64,000 bases of DNA. Origin: Planctomycetota bacterium (GTDB lineage: Bacteria; Planctomycetota; Phycisphaerae; WQYP01). The notes under the pieces were generated by a model. That model searched no databases, had not been told where the DNA came from, and saw only the letters and a program-made list of their open reading frames with translations. The stretch covers positions 5,523-69,522 of the forward strand of contig JAKBBN010000004.1 in the NCBI GenBank assembly GCA_021808485.1, written 5' to 3'. Positions 57,930-64,000 of the stretch are shown one piece after another (position 1 is the stretch's first letter; every line of letters begins with the position of its first letter). The position numbers and the translations under genes were made by a program.

Positions 57930-58460
57930 TTATTTGGCCGTGGATTGTCCGCCGGTCGCCAGCTTATAAGTCAGCTTTTGAAAAAGGGCATTGTCTCCGG
58001 CCTGAATCGGCAGATGACCGTGATAAATAATCATGCTTACATGATGGCCCTGCGATGTGGCCGCCATGAGCACAAAACTTGGCGCCTGCCAGTTCGTCCA
58101 TAAATCACGGTTGATGAAAAATGTGTGGCCGGCATAGGTCTCGCGCGTCTGTACGGACCATGGTGGGGGGCCGGCCTCGGTAATGAAGCCGTTCAAAATG
58201 ATCTTGCTTTCCAGCATTGCATCCGCGGCCGTGGCTTTATGTTTCACCGGTATCGCCAGGACCGCCAATGAGCGGACATGCCCGTCGACGCTGATCTGCC
58301 GGGTTTGCCCCACATTCGCTCCATAACCATATCCCGATAATCCGGCGGTATGCCTGATATGCATGATGCCCATTGCCGCACCCAATGACGCCAGCAATAA
58401 CACCAGCATCGTTCCCAGCAAACCGTAATAGCGCAACTGATTTTTCTTTTCTTCAATCAT
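57930..58460 (-). CDS. hypothetical signal-anchored protein
   Basis: Track ORF 57930..58718. Start set at MIEEKKNQLRYYGLLGTMLVLLLASLGAAMGI to avoid a 70-nt overlap with the upstream gene. Confidence 0.35.
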   Translation of the reverse strand: MIEEKKNQLRYYGLLGTMLVLLLASLGAAMGIMHIRHTAGLSGYGYGANVGQTRQISVDGHVRSLAVLAIPVKHKATAADAMLESKIILNGFITEAGPPPWSVQTRETYAGHTFFINRDLWTNWQAPSFVLMAATSQGHHVSMIIYHGHLPIQAGDNALFQKLTYKLATGGQSTAK

Positions 58461-58648
58461 TGGTGTCGCATTATATTGCAAATCCTCCGCCAATAAAAAT
58501 GCCCGGGCGAATGCGTCCGCCGCCGGTGTTGGCCGCGGCGGTTGGCCCAATCGGCGGCATTCCCGCTCCACAACGCCGCGCCCGGTTGTCACATCATCAC
58601 CAGTCTTGCGTGTCAGGGTTTGATGGCCGGGCCATGGCGCCAGGGCCG

Positions 58649-59884
58649 CTATCCCGCCTGCCGGGATGCCGCCTTTCCGGAAAAACGAACCGCCGCGTGC
58701 AGCAATTCCGGAAAGCAATTGAAGGCGTCAGCGGCGATATTTCCCGCCATCGGCCGCATGAGCAGATTGGAAAACAGATTTCCCGCGTCCAAACGCCCCG
58801 TAAACTCCGTACGCCACGCGCTTTGGTAATTCTTCGCAATTTCCGCGTCGCCTTTTCCGGCAGCCATGCCGGCCATAAATTCGCCGGCCAGCAGCCGGCC
58901 GCTGCGAAGGGCCAATGTCATGCCCTCACCCACCAGCGCGTGAACCTCGCCGGCGGCATTACCGGCATAAAACAGTCCATTGGCGTACAGCCTTCGCACG
59001 CCCGGCCGCATCGGCCCGCAGGCAAACCATGCTGATTCACGTCTTGCACGGCGCATTATTCGCTTCAGGCCGGGGTTGAACTTGAAAAGATAGGCCAACA
59101 AATCGTCCGGCCCGGAGTGTTCGGCCGCCTGAAGTTGCCGTACCGCAAAAGCCATGTTATATGTCGGCGCTTCTGCTTTCCCGCGGTTCCCGGCGATCTG
59201 TTCGTTCGTGTCATGACATAAATCGCTGGTTCGCAACAGGCCGGCATAAATTTCCGGTCCACCGGCAATTACCGTTAAATCATCCGGCATGTCGCAATCG
59301 CGAAAATGAGCTTTATAGCCCAAGTAACTTGTATTCAATAGTTCATGACCGCTGGCGGCGGTCTTTATCTTGTCCACCGCCGGGAGCGCAAGAGACGAAT
59401 TTGCCTTGCCATCCGCCATGATAACCTTGCCCGCACTAATTTCGCCGCACTGGCGGCTGAAAATGGAAAATCCGCCTGTTGCAACCGGTTCAATACGATC
59501 CACATGGGCCGGCTGAAATACCGTTACACCGCTGGATTTGGCGTTTTGCATCAGCAAATTGTCAAACCGGGCGCGGCATAATGCCCGGGCGTGGCAGCCG
59601 TGCGCGTCCGCGGGCAGTGTGCATTCCAAAATGCGGCCGTTTTGCGGCAGGGCGGCCATCCGCCGGATTTCCGGTCCGGCTACGGCATCGAATTTCGCCA
59701 AGACTCCGAGTTGTCGGAGCACTGGCCGGGCCCCAATGGATACAAACTCGCCGCACACCTTCTGGCGCGGAAATACGCGGTGTTCAAAAATGGCTACTTT
59801 GCGACCATCGGCCGCGAGAATTGCAGCTGCGGTTGTTCCCGCCGGACCGCCGCCGATCACTGCGATATCAAAATCTGGATTCAT
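58649..59884 (-). CDS. FAD-dependent oxidoreductase, geranylgeranyl-reductase family
   Basis: Start MNPDFDIAVIGGGPAGTTAAAILAADGRKVAIFEH. The KVCGEF motif resembles the GGR R..K.CGG motif. C-terminal GNAAGEVHALVGEGMTLA. Confidence 0.6.
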   Translation of the reverse strand: MNPDFDIAVIGGGPAGTTAAAILAADGRKVAIFEHRVFPRQKVCGEFVSIGARPVLRQLGVLAKFDAVAGPEIRRMAALPQNGRILECTLPADAHGCHARALCRARFDNLLMQNAKSSGVTVFQPAHVDRIEPVATGGFSIFSRQCGEISAGKVIMADGKANSSLALPAVDKIKTAASGHELLNTSYLGYKAHFRDCDMPDDLTVIAGGPEIYAGLLRTSDLCHDTNEQIAGNRGKAEAPTYNMAFAVRQLQAAEHSGPDDLLAYLFKFNPGLKRIMRRARRESAWFACGPMRPGVRRLYANGLFYAGNAAGEVHALVGEGMTLALRSGRLLAGEFMAGMAAGKGDAEIAKNYQSAWRTEFTGRLDAGNLFSNLLMRPMAGNIAADAFNCFPELLHAAVRFSGKAASRQAG

Positions 59885-60008
59885 TTCCCGATTCCCTGCA
59901 GCCGTAGATCGCAAGTTGCGATGCACATTGTGCAGCGCGCATCGTTAACGATGCCGGAAGATAGTAGGGGCGACACTGCGAATTGACAAAATACAGAATA
60001 ATGAAAAA

Positions 60009-60079
60009 CTGGGGGATCTGGATTCGAACCAGAACAAGCAGAACCAAAATCTGCTGTGCTACCGTTACACCATCCCCCA
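60009..60079 (-). tRNA. tRNA-Gln (anticodon TTG)
   Basis: The reverse complement TGGGGGATGGTGTAACGGTAGCACAGCAGATTTTGGTTCTGCTTGTTCTGGTTCGAATCCAGATCCCCCAG folds into a cloverleaf. It has a U1-A72 pair as in E. coli tRNA-Gln, an anticodon loop TTTTGGT and a T loop TTCGAAT. Confidence 0.85.
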
Positions 60080-60396
60080 AGGCGATTGCTTACATCGCTT
60101 GAGCACTACACTTTATAGCAACAGGCGTCCGATGGTCAAACTGTCGAATTCGGCCGCGCCGCAATCACACGCATTACGCGATTCAACTCCGGTGTGCATT
60201 TAGACGTGTGGGAACGCCGCCTCAAGCCCAAAATTTTGATCAACCTTGGGGAATTCGGCAATTTGTCCGGTCATCTGCTGTGGGCCGTGCTTTTATCGGT
60301 ACCAACGATTACGAAACGCAAAAAGTCGGGATACAATAAGCCACCCGCCACCAATCCATCGGAATCTTCCAGAAAATCACCGCTGCCGCCCACCGC

Positions 60397-61107
60397 TTAT
60401 CGAACCCATTTAACCCACTTCCATACCCCCGTTTTGCTGTCAAGCTGCTGTACCCAAGCCCCGTTTGGCACAAAGCGCAGGCGTACCTGAAAATATATCA
60501 GGCCGATTTTAGCCAGCGATTGTCCGGTGGATTTGTGCACAATTTCATATAGCCGCCGCCGATACGCGTTATCTTCCTTAATCAGTTTCTTTTGCTTCCC
60601 CGAAAGCTGGCCGCGGGCAACCACATAGCCTGTGTGTGCTTCACCTATCAAATGTTTGACCAACAATGCCCGCAACCGTGGAAAATCCTCCCGTAGTTCG
60701 GCAAGCACTTGCTGCTTCGTTGTCATTTGATTCGGCGGAATATCGTCCGCATATATGATCGGGGCGCTTCCCGCGGATGTGCGCAATGAATTCGGCCCGG
60801 CCGGCGCTGTGGTCGGCGTTCCCGCCGCCCCCGACACTCCTGCCGGTGTTTTGGATGGTTTACCTTTCAGCGGAGCCGCAGCCGGTGCGGTGCCCGCCGG
60901 CGGGGTCGTTGCTGGGCCGCCGGCAATATATTCCATATCGCGGCGAGCGTTCTGGATTACCAGCGTCAACTTGCCGTTCAAATTGACATCCACTTGCAGC
61001 GGCTTGGGTTGCGATATGACCACATCGCTATGTGTTCGCACGCAACCAGATGATCCGGTTATTCCCATTGCCAGCAAAACTGCCATCGACAGCGGTTTGA
61101 TTTTCAT
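60397..61107 (-). CDS. putative lipoprotein with Pro/Thr/Ala-rich linker and conserved C-terminal domain (DUF1318/YdbL-like?)
   Basis: Signal MKIKPLSMAVLLAMGITGSSGC (lipobox), then a low-complexity PATTPPAGTAPAAAP... linker, then a basic C-terminal domain. Confidence 0.4.
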   Translation of the reverse strand: MKIKPLSMAVLLAMGITGSSGCVRTHSDVVISQPKPLQVDVNLNGKLTLVIQNARRDMEYIAGGPATTPPAGTAPAAAPLKGKPSKTPAGVSGAAGTPTTAPAGPNSLRTSAGSAPIIYADDIPPNQMTTKQQVLAELREDFPRLRALLVKHLIGEAHTGYVVARGQLSGKQKKLIKEDNAYRRRLYEIVHKSTGQSLAKIGLIYFQVRLRFVPNGAWVQQLDSKTGVWKWVKWVR

Positions 61108-61295
61108 TGGTCAAATCCTTTTCACTTTTCCGCCCGGCTGCCGTATCACCTGAAACAGCTTTGTGGCGTAACCTTTATTATTGTCAATCCCACCGGTGGT
61201 TACAACAATAACGACTGCGGCTATTTTACCGTTTACTGGAAAATTTTCCTTTCTTACCGCGTGTCTTACGATCGCTTCCGGGATAAAATCGTGTC

Positions 61296-62303
61296 ATGAC
61301 CGGCACCGGCCCGAACAATTCCTCGAATTTCAATCCGCGACCCTTCGGCCGCGGTTCCCCTCGCGCAAATTACTTGCTGGCCGGTATTGGGTTCGGCTGG
61401 ATTTGCGCCCTTGAAATCGTTCTTTCGGCCTATCGCGGCGGCCTGTTAACCCATGGCTGGGAAAAACAAGCAGGCATTATGGTCGGCGTGCATTTTACAC
61501 CTTTCATATGGTGTGGATATCTGCTGGTGCTCCTGGGCGTGCTGGGAATTGCAACCCATTGCGTATTTTTGCTGCGCTGGCGATTCCGCCTGCTGGCATT
61601 ATGGATATGGTCGGTGATCGCCTGGTGTTATTTTGACTGGTTAAATTTCCGTTTCATGCGCAATGCGGCCACCGGGCTTCATGCCTGGGAATATCAAGGA
61701 TTGCCCCACAGTGCCGCGGACAGGGTTATTGGTTACTTTATTGCATTTGCGGCGATCGCCCCGGCGCTGTTGCTCACGGCTGAACTGCTGCGCTGCGCCG
61801 GCCTTCGACGATTACGTTCCGCGGGTTTACGTATTGCCCCGGGCATTCAGATAACGGCATTTGTACTGGGGATCTGCTTTTTTGCCGGCCCGTTTATTCT
61901 GCATGATCCTGTTGCCAACCTGATGATCTGGTGCAGCCTGATATTCATGCTTGATCCGGTCAATTTCTGGATGGGCCGGCCGAGCCTGATAGGCGATTGG
62001 CGCGCCGGCCGCTGGGGACGCACGCTGGCGCTCATGCTTGGCGGGCTCACCTGCGGCCTGCTCTGGGAATTCTGGAATTATTGGGCTATCGCCCGCTGGA
62101 CATATCATCTTCCTTTTCTGGCCGGCTGGAACCGGTTTCATTATTTTGCCATGCCGCTCCCCGGTCTCATCGGATATCTGGGCTTTGGCCCGCAGGTATG
62201 GGTTATGTGGCAGTTTTCCCTGCTCGCTTTCGGCCCTTTGGTGGAGGGCGAAGCTTCTAAAGCTCCGGTGGATGGCGAGTTGCGACAGGACATGTGTCTA
62301 TAG
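61296..62303 (+). CDS. hypothetical polytopic membrane protein (Trp-rich)
   Basis: 335 aa with 8–9 TM helices. Precedes the TolC-like gene. Confidence 0.35.
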   Translation: MTGTGPNNSSNFNPRPFGRGSPRANYLLAGIGFGWICALEIVLSAYRGGLLTHGWEKQAGIMVGVHFTPFIWCGYLLVLLGVLGIATHCVFLLRWRFRLLALWIWSVIAWCYFDWLNFRFMRNAATGLHAWEYQGLPHSAADRVIGYFIAFAAIAPALLLTAELLRCAGLRRLRSAGLRIAPGIQITAFVLGICFFAGPFILHDPVANLMIWCSLIFMLDPVNFWMGRPSLIGDWRAGRWGRTLALMLGGLTCGLLWEFWNYWAIARWTYHLPFLAGWNRFHYFAMPLPGLIGYLGFGPQVWVMWQFSLLAFGPLVEGEASKAPVDGELRQDMCL

Positions 62304-62400
62304 GCCGGGGAACTGCGGATTGCATACCCGATTCTCTTCGCTTTGACGAAAGCCATACGGCTTTCATACAATTGCGGCGGTATTGTAGCGGTGGATGTTG

Positions 62401-64000
62401 ATGACCATTCAAAACCTATACCCCAAAACGCATCGCCGTGCCTTGTCCTTGGTTGGCCGCATGCGGCGGACCGCTTCCATTTTGATCGCTCTTTCATCAA
62501 CTGCGGTGCTCATCGGTTGTGAGTCTCCATTTGCCCAATCCGGTCGTCAGCGCGACTGGGATTTGTACGCCCAATCCGTACTCGCGCGGGCTGTTGCCGA
62601 CGGCAGCCTGAACCATGCGCAAATCCGGAATATGTCCGTCAATCAGGGAGTGCATGAATTGACCGGCGCCGATACCTCTGCGGCAACGGCGCAATCTCCC
62701 GGTGGGGCGGTGATACCTGCCGGCTACCATCTGATCGCCGCGGCCGGCCATACCAATGGTGCACGTGGGGCTGCACTCTACAATTCCGAACCTGTGGTGC
62801 GCCTATCGCTGCAACAGGTGGTAATGCTGGCGATGCGCAATTCGCTGGAAATTAAGGTTGTTGCCTATAATCCTGCCATCTCCCAGACACAGCTTGTGGC
62901 TGCTCGCGCCGCCTTTGATGCGTCGGTATTCGGTGACTCCAATTTCATCAGTACCGACCAGCCGACAAGCTACAATGCTCATGGTGCGGCCGGCTCGCCC
63001 GGCCAGACCAACCAGGTCGGATGGGACAATCAGGTGGGTGTGCAGAAACTTCTGGGCTGGGGCGGCACCGCCCAGATCAGCACCGGTGACAACTTTCTGG
63101 ATCAGGCCGCTTCGCCGGGGTTCCAATCAAATATCAATCCATCGAACGCGGCTTTTGTTAATCTTACGCTTTCACAACCTCTGCTCCGGGGCTTCGGTGC
63201 GGATGTCGCCCGATCAGGCATCTATATCGCCCAGACCAACGTGAATCTGGCGCTTGCCGTGTTTCGCAGCCAGGTGACCGCCATCGTAAAGGCGGTAGAG
63301 TCGGATTACTATCAGCTTGTCGCCGCCGACCGGACTCTGGAAATTCAGAAAAGCCTGCTCGGCTGGTCGCAAGTAACGCTCGCGGACGTAAAAAATCGCG
63401 GTATATTTGATGCCTCCTCAGTGCAGGTGGCGCAGGCCCAGTCCGCGGTGGCCCAAAATCGGTCGGCGGTCATCGCGGCCCAGGCCGTCCTTAGAAACGC
63501 ATCCGATTCGCTGAAAAATCTTCTGAATGATCCCGCGCTGGATTCCAGCGGTAATATGTTGATTTTGCCCGCCAACAAACTTGTCGTGGAGCCGTTTATG
63601 TTTAACGTCGCCGACCAGATCACCTCGGCGCTGCGTCTGCGCAGTGTGATGGTGGAGGATCGGCTTAAATTGCGCGCGGCGGATATCAATGTCCGCGTGG
63701 CGTCCAATGCCCTGCTTCCGCAGGCAGACCTTACGCTTTCCACTCAATCAAACGGACTTTCCCGCGAGTTTGGCGATGCCTTTAACCAGACCCTCAGTCC
63801 CGCCCGGTATTTTAACTACAGCGCCGGACTCAGCGTTTCGTTTCCGATTGGAAATCGCGCCGCCAGGGCGGGATTCCGGGAACAGCGACTGCTTCGTCGT
63901 CAAACCCTTACGCAAATGCTGTTGGACGCCCAGAATATCATTTTGCAGATAAAATCGGAATTGCGAGCCTTGCTGACCAGTTACCAGCAGATGCAGGCTC
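62401..64000 (+). CDS. TolC-like outer membrane efflux protein (OMF family), C-terminus beyond window; probable lipoprotein signal ...LIGC
   Basis: My translation from ATG 62401 (alternative ATG 62461) gives LSLQQVVMLAMRNSLEIKVVAYNPAISQTQLVAARAAFD... and later repeats typical of TolC/OprM helices. No stop before 64000. Confidence 0.6.
   Translation, partial: MTIQNLYPKTHRRALSLVGRMRRTASILIALSSTAVLIGCESPFAQSGRQRDWDLYAQSVLARAVADGSLNHAQIRNMSVNQGVHELTGADTSAATAQSPGGAVIPAGYHLIAAAGHTNGARGAALYNSEPVVRLSLQQVVMLAMRNSLEIKVVAYNPAISQTQLVAARAAFDASVFGDSNFISTDQPTSYNAHGAAGSPGQTNQVGWDNQVGVQKLLGWGGTAQISTGDNFLDQAASPGFQSNINPSNAAFVNLTLSQPLLRGFGADVARSGIYIAQTNVNLALAVFRSQVTAIVKAVESDYYQLVAADRTLEIQKSLLGWSQVTLADVKNRGIFDASSVQVAQAQSAVAQNRSAVIAAQAVLRNASDSLKNLLNDPALDSSGNMLILPANKLVVEPFMFNVADQITSALRLRSVMVEDRLKLRAADINVRVASNALLPQADLTLSTQSNGLSREFGDAFNQTLSPARYFNYSAGLSVSFPIGNRAARAGFREQRLLRRQTLTQMLLDAQNIILQIKSELRALLTSYQQMQA

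Overview
This is a high-GC (~60%) bacterial chromosomal segment, most likely from the Planctomycetota/Verrucomicrobiota (PVC) group. Markers for that lineage are a prepilin-signal + DUF1559 'H-X9-DG' protein, a membrane-anchored LRR protein and many orphan membrane proteins.

I can support about 60 protein-coding genes and two tRNAs (Arg-CCG and Gln-TTG). I found no rRNA, no CRISPR array, and no transposase, integrase or prophage. The window looks like core chromosome with several poorly characterised islands.

Recognisable genes:
- Core metabolism and housekeeping: ilvBH, sucCD, gltX, clpP, infC, cysE, a UbiD-family decarboxylase, lpxI, a stand-alone nuoC, an Fpg/Nei-family glycosylase, a BI-1/YccA protein and a TolC-like outer membrane factor.
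- A tightly coupled six-gene hydroxyproline catabolic operon: DHDPS-like deaminase, M24 Xaa-Pro peptidase, Hyp epimerase and a three-subunit D-Hyp dehydrogenase.
- A seven-gene MoxR/DUF58/DUF4350/DUF4129 operon.
- A YqjD/ElaB–YqjE–YqjK-like triad.
- An envelope-glycan operon (ChbG/HpnK deacetylase, GT-B glycosyltransferase, two hexapeptide acetyltransferases, MsbA-like ABC exporter, GH–GT2–TM fusion synthase).

The features I would look at first:
1. A ~150-bp direct repeat (~90% identical), present twice, each copy about 115–140 bp upstream of a different membrane-protein gene. It carries a perfect 10-bp palindrome.
2. A tandem chain-length-factor-like / canonical ketosynthase pair at the left edge. 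The first gene has Cys→Gln and both catalytic His residues replaced.
3. A stand-alone caspase/CHAT-like His–Cys dyad protein.
4. A five-gene operon pairing a geranylgeranyl-reductase-family flavoprotein with a GT-C membrane glycosyltransferase and three unknowns.
5. A GH(clan A)–GT2–membrane fusion protein translationally abutting an ABC exporter.
6. A Nei-like glycosylase lacking the N-terminal Pro-Glu, or alternatively starting at an 'MPE' codon triplet inside sucD.

I cannot point to one unambiguous novel system. These are the candidates, with uncertainty stated for each.
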